Source: a virus. From it: DNA of 64,000 bases. A program made the position numbers and the translations under genes. Positions 10,001 to 18,189 of this stretch are shown one piece after another. Positions within the stretch are counted from its first letter, which is position 1. Every line of letters begins with the position of its first letter. Location: the IMG/VR virus record IMGVR_UViG_3300025913_000030, positions 10,705-74,704 of that record. One strand, 5' to 3'. Under the pieces are notes generated by a model. It was not told the DNA's origin, searched no databases, and saw only the letters and a program-made list of their open reading frames with translations.

Positions 10001-10134
10001 CCGTGAGCAACGTCATCAGCCAGGCCGCCGGTCCGATCCCCGCGAACACACCGGTCAGGTTGGGCCCAGGCCAGTGGATCAAGGTGACGACCTCGGCGGG
10101 CACGCTCCCCACCGCCGTCTGGGTCCTGGACTAA
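7036..10134 (+). CDS. Fibre/spike protein: H-x-H repeat shaft plus pectate-lyase-like beta-helix domain
   Basis: About 12 (S/A)DHxH repeats spaced ~30 aa apart; AYGAKGDG ... DDTSAIQSAI beta-helix entry motif. Confidence 0.75.
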   Translation: MTANGVTGGDPTKVSTTGGTVTGTLDLAAASNPLQIPHGAQAGYVWTDTDGSGNGAWQPSPGGTPATTVQAGTSYGTASAVGTLGSFAREDHQHGTPGLTSVAPATTLGIGTAAAAGTATLPARADHVHPTAAAGVPGSSAVGDVAATGSASTFAASDHKHGRESFGAVAGQTVYGAASANGVAATLARSDHTHGTPSLTTTAPATTLGIGTAAALGTATLPALADHVHPMAAAGAPAASAVGDAGVTGVAVTFAASDHKHAREAFGAPGNSAVGDASAAGVAVSIARSDHTHGRESFGPAPATTLGIGQAAVAGTAATPARSDHAHPLAAAGAPASSAVGDTGVTGVAVTFAASDHKHARESFGTPGASAVGDAAGAGVATSVARSDHTHGREAFGNVTALAAFGTASSNGTAATVAHSDHVHGAPSLPTGNTSTAGIVQIDNTAADYQPLGPAAPGSIGKVADAGHVHPMQPHIFPVSAYGAKGDGQLDNTGSMTSGSGALTLTNAKFAAGDVGKLIAVKGAKSTGDTSLVGTITAFTSSTQVTVSVNATATVTGAQVMWATDDTSAIQSAIAAANSYAVTHNLAEIYFPLPAGLFYGVGGALKNSDGTNSVFNSQLTVPVNSEQNNGVTLVFRGAGDSGQTRYWNSDYPVWSGSAIQSFGVFTTALNQSNNIAAGGNPSVLGGPTGKFNYGVLQGANTTPTYSNTALVLQDITILTTHSASGWTYSAVNAFGVARFHARNFCYGTNGVVQFYKNSPGLGDYSTVSTLSGGLSIGVLMPSNGNNASNYLQNVVCNGGYTYALYATEHTVGNDVTLLYSWSGLCPVGNYSDSASGGAVSALHAMYFDQICVESCTYHLNIIGTGQSATGPIIHAVLDTEGTVQFRDAQSAGANTGAGLAAALGEIRLVGSPSTITIQTGTGAGGLGTGLRIIKEQNLPGVPSSGIPALVDGTAVCNTLWRPATVYLSGGTNVTTVAVSRLAGGVNTVAVSNVISQAAGPIPANTPVRLGPGQWIKVTTSAGTLPTAVWVLD

Positions 10135-10144
10135 GGCGGCTGAC

Positions 10145-10987
10145 ATGACCACTTACTACCAGGGCAAGACCGCGACCCTCGAATCCTCGTGGAGCCAGTA
10201 CGGGGGCGGTCCGCCGGCCGATGTGTACAACCCGACGATCACGATCGAGTCAGCCGGTACCGGTTCCATCGTCCTCGGTCCGACCTCGTCCGGGATTCTG
10301 CACCTGGCCACCGGCCTGTACTCGTACCAGTGGGCGATCTCGGCCTCCCAGGCGGCCGGTGACTACGCCGTCATCTGGAACGCGAGCACCGCCGCGACCG
10401 GCGGCTCACCGCTACAGGCCAGTGAGATCGTCACCGTCTCGGCGATCGCGTCGACCATGTTCTCCACCTGGTGCGACGTCACGATCCCGCAAACGCTGTT
10501 GTCAATTGGTGCTGTCGAGGCTGTCGACCCGGTCGACTACGTGCTCGCGGTGACCGGCACGACCTACACCACGGGCCAGATCATGTCGGCGCAGCAGGTC
10601 CTGAACCTGCACACCAACTACACGCCCGAGGTCTCCGGCGCGAACATGCAGCCGCAGGACCTGTTCTGGCTGCGCTACGCCCTGGCGTATCAGACCGCAT
10701 GGATGGCCAGCCAGCCGGGGCTGTTCGCCCGCAACGCGGTCGAGGAGGTGAGCCAGGACGGTGTGGGCGCGAAGTACGTGGACGAGAACGCGTTGACGCT
10801 CAGTCCGCTCGCCCGGCGCAGCATCAAGCAGTTGTCCTGGAAGAAGTCCCGCTCGCTGCGCGTGCGCACGCCGTTCATCGACGACCAGACGCCGCTGTCC
10901 TCCGACCCGGACTCCGAGGCCAACGACCTGTACGAGCGTTGGGTGGACATGTACTCGTTCGGCGGCCGGTCCTCGACCGTGCCGTGA
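10145..10987 (+). CDS. Putative head-tail adaptor with N-terminal Ig-like domain
   Basis: TGLYSYQW..GDYAVIW N-domain; ALAYQTAWM..SQDGV..LSPLARR C-domain; gene position. Confidence 0.6.
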   Translation: MTTYYQGKTATLESSWSQYGGGPPADVYNPTITIESAGTGSIVLGPTSSGILHLATGLYSYQWAISASQAAGDYAVIWNASTAATGGSPLQASEIVTVSAIASTMFSTWCDVTIPQTLLSIGAVEAVDPVDYVLAVTGTTYTTGQIMSAQQVLNLHTNYTPEVSGANMQPQDLFWLRYALAYQTAWMASQPGLFARNAVEEVSQDGVGAKYVDENALTLSPLARRSIKQLSWKKSRSLRVRTPFIDDQTPLSSDPDSEANDLYERWVDMYSFGGRSSTVP

Positions 10988-11050
10988 TCAAGGGCCTAGT
11001 ACACGACCTAGTACAGCCTCGATGAGACCTAGATGACGGGAGGAGGAGCG

Positions 11051-11488
11051 GTGGCCGGCAAGAAGCAGCTGCTCTCCAGCAAGTCCGCGGACCAGCTCGC
11101 GGCGCGGCAATACGTCTACGACCAGCTCCTCGACGACTACCCGCCGAAGGCCGTGAACTGGGTCAAGACGGTGCAGTGGGACGGCCCGAAGGTCGTGCCG
11201 CTCTCAGACCTCGACTTCTCCAACGCGGACAGCTGGAACGCGACGGGTGAGCCGGCCAAGGTCGCCAAGTTCGCGGACAAGATCAGCGCCGGACAGCTCA
11301 AGCCGATCCTGGTCGTGCAGAAGCCGGGCAACGACAAACTCGTCATCATCGACGGGCACCACCGCTCGCTGGCGTACAAGAAGCTCGACCGCGACCCGCT
11401 CGCCTGGGTCGGCACCGTTCCCGCCGGAACCGGTCCCTGGGACGAGATGCACGCGAGCCAGCACAGCAGCATCGGGAAGAAGTCCTGA
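11051..11488 (+). CDS. ParB/Sulfiredoxin-like nuclease domain protein
   Basis: PILV...IIDGHHRSLA motif; RBS AGGAGG before GTG 11051. Confidence 0.75.
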   Translation: MAGKKQLLSSKSADQLAARQYVYDQLLDDYPPKAVNWVKTVQWDGPKVVPLSDLDFSNADSWNATGEPAKVAKFADKISAGQLKPILVVQKPGNDKLVIIDGHHRSLAYKKLDRDPLAWVGTVPAGTGPWDEMHASQHSSIGKKS

Positions 11489-11817
11489 TGATCGCCATGG
11501 CGACGACCACCGTGTCGGTACTCCGCGGCACGGCCACGACCGAATTCGGGGACACCGTCGCGTCCCTGACGCCCTATCTGACCGGCATCCCGGCCTCGCT
11601 GATCGAGAAGACGCGGACCGGGATCAGCCAGAGCGACCAGTCGTTCCGCGTGTACCGGTACGTCGTCGCGCGCCTGCCTTACGGCACGGACGTCAGGGAC
11701 ACCGACCAGATCAAGGACGAGAGCACCGGCACCGTCTACTCGATCGCCTCGGTCAGCGTCAACGCGAACCCCGTCGTCCAGCAGGACCTGCGGCTGGATC
11801 TGCAGAGGACGAACTAA
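11488..11817 (+). CDS. Head-to-tail stopper/closure protein
   Basis: 109 aa beta-rich, TTEFGD...DVRDTDQIKD; gene position. Confidence 0.65.
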   Translation: MIAMATTTVSVLRGTATTEFGDTVASLTPYLTGIPASLIEKTRTGISQSDQSFRVYRYVVARLPYGTDVRDTDQIKDESTGTVYSIASVSVNANPVVQQDLRLDLQRTN

Positions 11818-11828
11818 ACCGCTATCCT

Positions 11829-11866
11829 CTTATGACAAGACATTACTAGTAATCACTTGTCATAAG
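11829..11866. promoter_or_regulatory. AT-rich 38-bp palindrome
   Basis: CTTATGACAAG-AC-ATTACTAGTAAT-CA-CTTGTCATAAG. Confidence 0.6.
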
Positions 11867-11876
11867 GAGCACAGCG

Positions 11877-12092
11877 ATGAGCGCTAGCAACGGCGTCCAG
11901 CCCGGCAGCTCCGGCCGTCTCCTGCGCGGCCAGGGCAAGATCGGCGGCGCCCAGGAGGCCGGCGACCGTCCGGCCGTGCACTCCGACCCGCACGGGCCCT
12001 ACGTGGGCCGCGGCGGCAACCGCTACTGCGTCGGCTCCGAGTCCGGTTCCGTCGCCCCGCGCGACGGCCAGATGACCCAGCTCGAGGCCTGA
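11877..12092 (+). CDS. Small hypothetical protein
   Basis: RBS AAGGAG, 71 aa. Confidence 0.55.
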   Translation: MSASNGVQPGSSGRLLRGQGKIGGAQEAGDRPAVHSDPHGPYVGRGGNRYCVGSESGSVAPRDGQMTQLEA

Positions 12093-12186
12093 CACCCACC
12101 GCCTCGAACGCCGCCTGACGAGGGGTAGACCCGGATCTTCCGGCGCGACAACTTCACGACCCGCTACCTCGTAGAGAGACGGCGAC

Positions 12187-12534
12187 ATGGCACGCGTCGA
12201 GTTGAGCGACGGCTGGGAGGGCAACCTCCAGGCCGGAATCAACGCTCTGCTCGACAAGATCGCCGTCGACATCGAGGCGGACGCCAAGGCCATCTGCCCG
12301 GTCGACACCGGGGACCTGAAGGCCTCGATCGGGCACGAGGTGCGCGAAAACGAGGCCCGCATCGGCAGCAACCTCGACTACGCCGCCGCGGTCGAGATGG
12401 GCTTCCACGGCACCGAGCACGTGCGCGCCTACGAGCGCGCGGACGGAACCCGGGTGCGGGCACACGAGCGGCACGCGAACCAGCCCTCCGAGCCCTACCT
12501 TCGCCCGGCACTCTACCGCCGCCGGAGCGGCTGA
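12187..12534 (+). CDS. HK97 gp10-like neck protein
   Basis: AKAICPVDTGDLKASI, YAAAVEMG, PYLRPAL. Confidence 0.82.
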   Translation: MARVELSDGWEGNLQAGINALLDKIAVDIEADAKAICPVDTGDLKASIGHEVRENEARIGSNLDYAAAVEMGFHGTEHVRAYERADGTRVRAHERHANQPSEPYLRPALYRRRSG

Positions 12535-12827
12535 TGCCCCGATTCCTCTCCCACGTCCTGGGCCTCGACAACTTGTCAGGACCCTGGTACGGCTTCTGGT
12601 CCGGATTCGGCTCGGACATCGGCGAACTGGCAATCGTCGGCGGACTGCTGGCCACTGTGCGCAGGCACAACTGCCACATGCACGGCTGCTGGCGCATCGG
12701 GCACCACCCGACGACCGTCAACGGGGTCGAATTCGTCGTCTGCCGCAAGCACCATCCGAAGTCTCCGGACCGGCTGACCGCAGCGCACATCGCGGACGCC
12801 GCCTCGAACGAGGCGAGCGCGCCGTGA
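12534..12827 (+). CDS. Small membrane protein with Cys/His motif
   Basis: WYGFWSGFG hydrophobic segment; HNCHMHGCWR..CRKHHP. Confidence 0.6.
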   Translation: MPRFLSHVLGLDNLSGPWYGFWSGFGSDIGELAIVGGLLATVRRHNCHMHGCWRIGHHPTTVNGVEFVVCRKHHPKSPDRLTAAHIADAASNEASAP

Positions 12828-13294
12828 CCACGACCAAGTACGCGAACACAGACCTCGCCGCGACCGCCTGGATCGGCTCCCTGCCGGGCCTGACCCCCGG
12901 CATGGTCGCCACCGCATTGCCCGAGCCCGATGAGGCCACCGGGAACCTGTCCTGGGCGGCGAGCGGCTTCGTCACCGTGCGCACCGTCGGCGGCACGCCC
13001 GAGATGTACGTCCCGTTGCGCGAACCGGTCGTCTCCGTGGACTGCTACGCCGCACCGCCGCCCGGCACCAACAAGGCTCCCTGGGCGCAAGCCAACAACC
13101 TCGCCGAGATGATCGTCACCGCCTGCCAGAACACCGCGAACTTCGGCGCGACCCTCGCCGGCCCGGCCGGCTACCCGAACATGCGCGTCCTGCAAGCCCA
13201 TGCGCTGCAGGAACCGCGCCGCATCTTCGGCGACAAGTCCTTCTACGCCCATTACCAGTTCGACCTGCAGATGTATTGGACCCAGCTGCCATGA
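12824..13294 (+). CDS. Tail terminator protein
   Basis: 156 aa, TVGG..PVVSVDCYA..YQFDL; upstream of tail tube gene. Confidence 0.65.
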   Translation: MTTTKYANTDLAATAWIGSLPGLTPGMVATALPEPDEATGNLSWAASGFVTVRTVGGTPEMYVPLREPVVSVDCYAAPPPGTNKAPWAQANNLAEMIVTACQNTANFGATLAGPAGYPNMRVLQAHALQEPRRIFGDKSFYAHYQFDLQMYWTQLP

Positions 13295-13518
13295 ACGGGA
13301 ACTGCTACGCGATCCACGGCGAAGCCAGCGGCAGCCCGCTGACCTACGGCGGCCGGGTCATCACGCACAACAGCCGGGAGGAGATGGAGTTCCTCTTCCC
13401 CGGCGCGCGCATCGTCGAGATCGGCTCCCTCATCCCGCCGCAGGACCGCATCGCGCTGTCCCAGCACCCGGACATGGCCGCCGTCTCCTTCCCGCTGCGC
13501 CGAGAGGACTTCCGCTGA
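13291..13518 (+). CDS. Hypothetical protein
   Basis: ATGA-coupled ORF, YGGRVITHNSREEMEFLFP. Confidence 0.6.
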   Translation: MNGNCYAIHGEASGSPLTYGGRVITHNSREEMEFLFPGARIVEIGSLIPPQDRIALSQHPDMAAVSFPLRREDFR

Positions 13519-13778
13519 TGGGCGAGCCTCTGCGCACCGTCTACGTCCGGATGACCCCGGCCGTGCCGCATCTGGTCGACGAGGAGGAATACCTCGACCT
13601 GCAGCGGCAGGGCCTGCTGATTCCCGGACTGGGCGACGTGCCCGCCGATCCCCCGGCCGTGCCGACCCCGGCCACACAGACCGTCCCCCCAACCTCGACC
13701 GAAAAGGAGGTGCCGGATGGCAGCGCCGAAGAAGAGCCCGAAGCTCACCGCGGCCACGACCCGCAAGCTCCCGCCTAG
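13518..13778 (+). CDS. Hypothetical protein
   Basis: Coupled start, EEYLDLQRQGLL. Confidence 0.5.
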   Translation: MGEPLRTVYVRMTPAVPHLVDEEEYLDLQRQGLLIPGLGDVPADPPAVPTPATQTVPPTSTEKEVPDGSAEEEPEAHRGHDPQAPA

Positions 13779-13986
13779 CTCCTTCGCCCTGCCGGGCAAG
13801 GGCAACGCCACGGTCAAGGGCGCCAAGGGGGCGTACCCGATGGACACCCCCGGCCGCGCCCGCGACGCCCTCGGGCGCGCCAAGGCGAACGCGACCCCTG
13901 CCCAGCAGGCCACGATCCGCAGCCGGGTGGCGAAGAAGTACGCCGCCATCAAGGTGTCCACTCCGAACAAGAAGGCAGCACGCTGA
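13717..13986 (+). CDS. Small basic virion-associated protein
   Basis: RBS AAGGAGG; LPPSSFALPG...YPMDTPGRARDALGRA. Confidence 0.7.
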   Translation: MAAPKKSPKLTAATTRKLPPSSFALPGKGNATVKGAKGAYPMDTPGRARDALGRAKANATPAQQATIRSRVAKKYAAIKVSTPNKKAAR

Positions 13987-13987
13987 C

Positions 13988-14563
13988 ATGACCGTCACCA
14001 CGACCAACCTGGTGCTCGGGCCCGCCACCCTCTACACCGGCCTGTTCGGCGCCGTCGAGCCGCTCGACGCCAGCGTCAACTCCGCTCCCGGCGCCTCCGC
14101 CTGGACCGACATCGGCGGCACGCTCGGCGGCGTCACCGTCTCCATCGACCAGACCTACACCGAGCTGCAGGTCGACCAGCTCGTCGACTCCGTCGGCCGG
14201 CGCCTGACCAAGCGCGAGTTCACCGTCGCCACACAGATGGCGGAGGCGACACTCAACAACCTGTCGGTCTCGCTCAACGGCTCGACCGCGACCTCGGGCG
14301 CGACCCAGAACGGCGGCACCTACTCCACCCTGGAGCCGCTGTTCGCCACCTCGGCGACGCAGCCCACGTACATCGCTCTGCTCGCGGACGGTTTCAGTCC
14401 CAACCAGCTGCGGCGTAGATCGATCTTCCGCAAGTGCCTGTCCACGGCGAAGGTCGACACGGTCAACGCCAAGGACAAGCAGACCGCGTTCACGGTGACC
14501 TTCAACGGCCACTACGTCTCCCCCTCCATCGCGCCGATCCACGTCGTCGACCAGACGAGCTGA
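13988..14563 (+). CDS. Major tail (tube) protein
   Basis: NLVLGPATLYTG, WTDIGGTLGGV, VDQ motifs; gene position. Confidence 0.85.
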   Translation: MTVTTTNLVLGPATLYTGLFGAVEPLDASVNSAPGASAWTDIGGTLGGVTVSIDQTYTELQVDQLVDSVGRRLTKREFTVATQMAEATLNNLSVSLNGSTATSGATQNGGTYSTLEPLFATSATQPTYIALLADGFSPNQLRRRSIFRKCLSTAKVDTVNAKDKQTAFTVTFNGHYVSPSIAPIHVVDQTS

Positions 14564-14601
14564 CCGGCGCTTCCTCCCGTCCCGAAGGAAGAACCCTGAC
14601 C

Positions 14602-15018
14602 ATGCCCGCCGCCAACCCGACGCGCACCCGGGCCAAGGCCCCGGCGCGCAAGACCGCAGCCCGCAAGTCCGCCGCCAAGCGACAGAACATCGAGCCTCTG
14701 GCGGCGGACTTCGAGCCCATCGAGCTGAGCACCGAGGCCGACAGCAACGAGGAGCAGCTCGTCCACCTCTTCTCGGTCGACGGCAAGGCCTATTACGTCT
14801 CCGCCGCCCAGGACATCGGCCTGGCGCTGCGCTACGTGAAGGTCGCCACGACCAAGGGCGAGAACCTCGCCATCCTCTGGCTCCTGGAGAACGTGCTCAC
14901 CCCCGAGGCGTTCGAGGCGCTGACCGCGATCCCGCGCCTGAAGCCCGAATCCCTGGCCAAGGTCGCCGCCGCCGTTCAGAAGCTGCTACTCGGAGGGATG
15001 GAGGCCCCAAAAGCCTGA
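14602..15018 (+). CDS. Tail assembly chaperone (G)
   Basis: Between tail tube and tape measure; ends at slippery CCCAAAA. Confidence 0.8.
   Translation: MPAANPTRTRAKAPARKTAARKSAAKRQNIEPLAADFEPIELSTEADSNEEQLVHLFSVDGKAYYVSAAQDIGLALRYVKVATTKGENLAILWLLENVLTPEAFEALTAIPRLKPESLAKVAAAVQKLLLGGMEAPKA
15006..15012 (+). other. Programmed -1 ribosomal frameshift site
   Basis: C CCA AAA (X XXY YYZ); the -1 frame is open from 15006 and joins ORF 15048-15329. Confidence 0.8.
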
Positions 15019-15329
15019 CACGCCCCCGGCTGGCCGAGGTCGCCTGGGTGCTGTTCGCCCTCGACGACGTCGAATCCGATCTGAGCCGATTCCACCGCAT
15101 CGACGACATGTACGCCGTGCCGTCGGTCAGGTTCTTCCGCTTCGCCAACAGGTTGATCTACTACGAGGGAGCAGTGAGGGCAGCGATGATGCGCTACGCC
15201 GCGACACTGCAGGAGGAAGCGGTCGATGCGCCGGTTGTTCCTGCTGCGGCTTCTGGCGATGTCGTCGTGCCGTCTTCGCGTGCCGCCCTCGCGGTCTCCG
15301 ACCTCGGCCCGCTCCTGAGTTGGGGGTGA
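15006..15329 (+). CDS. Tail assembly chaperone GT extension (frameshift product)
   Basis: -1 frame continuous to stop at 15329; DDVESDLSRFHRID..RLIYYEGAV. Confidence 0.75.
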   Translation, partial: PKSLTRPRLAEVAWVLFALDDVESDLSRFHRIDDMYAVPSVRFFRFANRLIYYEGAVRAAMMRYAATLQEEAVDAPVVPAAASGDVVVPSSRAALAVSDLGPLLSWG

Positions 15330-15333
15330 TCGC

Positions 15334-18189
15334 GTGTCCGAGGACGGATTCGAGATCGCCAAGGCGTTCGTCACCCTGGAAGCGGACGACACCGATCTGC
15401 GTGGCAAGGTCGCCGCGAAGATCAAGGAGGCGACCGAGGGGCAGAACCTCGACGTACCGCTCGGCGTGGACCAGGACGGCTTGCGCGAGAAGGTGGCCGC
15501 GGCCGTCGCCGAAGCCGGCGCCGGAGAAGACGTCAAGGTCAAAGTCAAGGTCGATGAGGACTCCGGCCAGCAACTGAAGCAGGGCCTGGAGGACGTCGCG
15601 GACGCGACGGTGCCCGAGGCGGACAGAGCCGGTTCCAAGATCGGTGAAGCGCTCGGCAACGGCCTGTACCGGGACGCGGCCGGGCGGATCCGCAACGCGA
15701 GCGGCCAGTTCGCATCCGACCTGGAGAAGCTGGCGGCGGGACTCGACGACGTCGGCACGAAGGCGGACGGCGCGGGCGGAAAGCTCGGCGGTCTGGGCGG
15801 CAGTGCTTCCAGCGCCGGCAATGCTGCTAGCGGGGCGAGCCAGGGATTTCTCGGGCTGGGCGGCGGGATCTGGGCCGCGGTCGCTGCGGCCCTCGCCCTT
15901 GGACCGGCCCTGGCCGCCCTGCCCGGGATCCTGTCCGGGCTCGCGCTCGGCGGCGGCGTGCTGGCCCTGGCGTTCAAGGGCGTCTTCTCCGCGCTCAGCG
16001 CCGCCGGCCAGGCCGCGGGCAGCACCGGGCAGTCCGCCGCCCAGGCGGCGATGACCGCGTTCCAGAACGCCCAGCAGCTCGCGCAGGCCGAGCAGCAGCT
16101 CAAGAACGCCGAACAGCAGGAGCAGTACGCCCAGGAGGCTCTGACCCAGGCACGCCAGCAGGCCGCGAACACCCTGGTCGACCTGAACAACGCCGCCGCT
16201 GACGCTTCGCTGTCCGTGCAGGCCGCCCAGCTCGGAGTGGAGCAGGCGCAGCAGAACTACAACGCGGTCATGGAGAACAGCCTCTCGACTGACCTCCAGA
16301 AGAAGGAAGCCGCCCTTCAGCTCGCCCAGGCGCAGCAGGCCCTGATCGACGCCCAGCAGCGGGCGAAGGAAGCCACACAGGCGGCGAACACCGCAAACCA
16401 GGAAGGCGTGGACGGCCTTCCCTCCGTCGTGCAGGCGCAGCGAGCCCAGCAGCAGGCCGCGCAGCAGGTCGCCGACGCCCAGCGCAACCTCAGCAACATC
16501 CTGATCCAGCAGAAGCTCGCGGCCGAGGCCGCGGCCTCCAGCGGATCGAGCGGTGCGAACCAGTTCGCGCAGGCGATGGCCAAGCTCACCCCGATCGGGC
16601 GCGAGGTCGTCGACCAGCTGCTCGCCATGAAGAGCGGCTTCGGCCAGCTCTCGGCCACCGCCCAGAACACGGTGCTGCCCGGGGTCCTGACCTTCCTCAA
16701 GGACGCCGCTCCGCTCCTTCCCCAGATCAACTCGCTGGTCGGCGAGATGGGCAAGATCATCGGAGGTCTCTTCGCCCAGCTCGGCGGACTGCTGAAGAAC
16801 CCGCAGTTCGTCAAGGACTTCTTCTCCGTCCTGCAGCAGGGCGTCGGGTTCGTCTCGCAGATCGGCGGCGGGGTGATCCAGATGTTCGAGGGGATCACGC
16901 ATGCCGCGGTCGCGGCCGGACCGATCGTCTCGGCCATCGGGACCGTGATCACCCAGATCCTCGGCACCAACCTGCCGCAGTTCCTGGCCGGCCTGACCGT
17001 CAACGCGGGCGGCGCGGCGCAGACGATCCAGGCCGTGCTCGGCTTCGCCGGAGACCTGCTCGGCCCGCTCGGCACCTTGTCGGGCATGATCTCCGGCGCC
17101 CTCGGCCCGGCCCTCTCCGACCTGCGTCCGATCCTCGACGAGCTGGTCAACGTCGCCCTGCAGGCCCTCGCTCCGATGATCCAGGCCGCGGGCCCGGTGC
17201 TCGACGTGCTGGTCAAGGCGATCGGCGCGCTGATGCCGGTCGTGACTCCGGTGATCTCCATCATCGGCAAGCTGGCGACGATCCTTATCAGTGCCCTGCT
17301 TCCCATCCTGCAGCCGCTGATCCCGATCATCGCGCAACTGGCCGACACGGTCGGCAACATCCTGATGCAGGCCTTCACCTCGATGGAGCCGGTCGCCGAG
17401 CTGCTGATCTCCTCCCTGGTCAAGCTGCTGCCGGTCATCCTCCCGCTGATCCAGGACGCGGTGAAGCTGGTCGAGGCGGTCCTGCCGATCATCCCGGTCC
17501 TGGAACAGCTGGTCGCCGTGATCCTCTCGGCGCTGCTGCCGGTGCTGACCTGGCTGCTGACCTGGCTGGGCAAACTGCTGGACTACGTCGTCGGCGAAAT
17601 GACCAAGGGAATCAGCCGGTTCCTGTCCGACGTGGTGCAGTGGACGAAGGACGCCGCGCAGGGCATCGAGGACGCGATCAACTGGGTGCGCAGCCACTGG
17701 GACGGGTTCATCTCGTTCCTGGAGGGACTGCCGGGACGGCTGGCCAACCTGCGTCTATGGGACTGGATCGGCACAGGTCTGAAGGACGCCGCCAACGGGG
17801 CGATCTACGGCCTGAACGAGATGATCAGCTCTATCAACGCCCTGCTCCACGGGGTGTCGGACAGCTGGAGCTGGGCGGGCATCCCGGCGATCCCGAGCAT
17901 CCCGTTCATTCCCTACCTCGCGGACGGTGGCACAGCCACCGAGGGCGGTTGGGTCACGGTCGGCGACCGCGGCGCCGAGCGGATGTTCATGCCGGCCGGA
18001 GCTCGCGTCGAGCCGCTCAAGCACCACACGACAGCCTCCACCGGGCCGTCGATCGGCGAGCTTCACATCCACATGCTGATCACCGCGATCGCAGACTTCT
18101 CCAACCCCAACGCCCTGACGGCCTCGGCCCGCAAGTACGCGGTCCAGATCCGCGACGCTCTCAATCAGCTGCAGGCGGCCAACACATGA
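15334..18189 (+). CDS. Tape measure protein
   Basis: 951 aa, Ala/Gln coiled coil, amphipathic LxP repeats, IPYLADGG...VGDRGAE C-terminus. Confidence 0.92.
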   Translation: MSEDGFEIAKAFVTLEADDTDLRGKVAAKIKEATEGQNLDVPLGVDQDGLREKVAAAVAEAGAGEDVKVKVKVDEDSGQQLKQGLEDVADATVPEADRAGSKIGEALGNGLYRDAAGRIRNASGQFASDLEKLAAGLDDVGTKADGAGGKLGGLGGSASSAGNAASGASQGFLGLGGGIWAAVAAALALGPALAALPGILSGLALGGGVLALAFKGVFSALSAAGQAAGSTGQSAAQAAMTAFQNAQQLAQAEQQLKNAEQQEQYAQEALTQARQQAANTLVDLNNAAADASLSVQAAQLGVEQAQQNYNAVMENSLSTDLQKKEAALQLAQAQQALIDAQQRAKEATQAANTANQEGVDGLPSVVQAQRAQQQAAQQVADAQRNLSNILIQQKLAAEAAASSGSSGANQFAQAMAKLTPIGREVVDQLLAMKSGFGQLSATAQNTVLPGVLTFLKDAAPLLPQINSLVGEMGKIIGGLFAQLGGLLKNPQFVKDFFSVLQQGVGFVSQIGGGVIQMFEGITHAAVAAGPIVSAIGTVITQILGTNLPQFLAGLTVNAGGAAQTIQAVLGFAGDLLGPLGTLSGMISGALGPALSDLRPILDELVNVALQALAPMIQAAGPVLDVLVKAIGALMPVVTPVISIIGKLATILISALLPILQPLIPIIAQLADTVGNILMQAFTSMEPVAELLISSLVKLLPVILPLIQDAVKLVEAVLPIIPVLEQLVAVILSALLPVLTWLLTWLGKLLDYVVGEMTKGISRFLSDVVQWTKDAAQGIEDAINWVRSHWDGFISFLEGLPGRLANLRLWDWIGTGLKDAANGAIYGLNEMISSINALLHGVSDSWSWAGIPAIPSIPFIPYLADGGTATEGGWVTVGDRGAERMFMPAGARVEPLKHHTTASTGPSIGELHIHMLITAIADFSNPNALTASARKYAVQIRDALNQLQAANT

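Noticed and set aside
15006-15012. Tail chaperone frameshift as a novelty
   Set aside because: Standard feature of long-tailed phages; listed as a feature only
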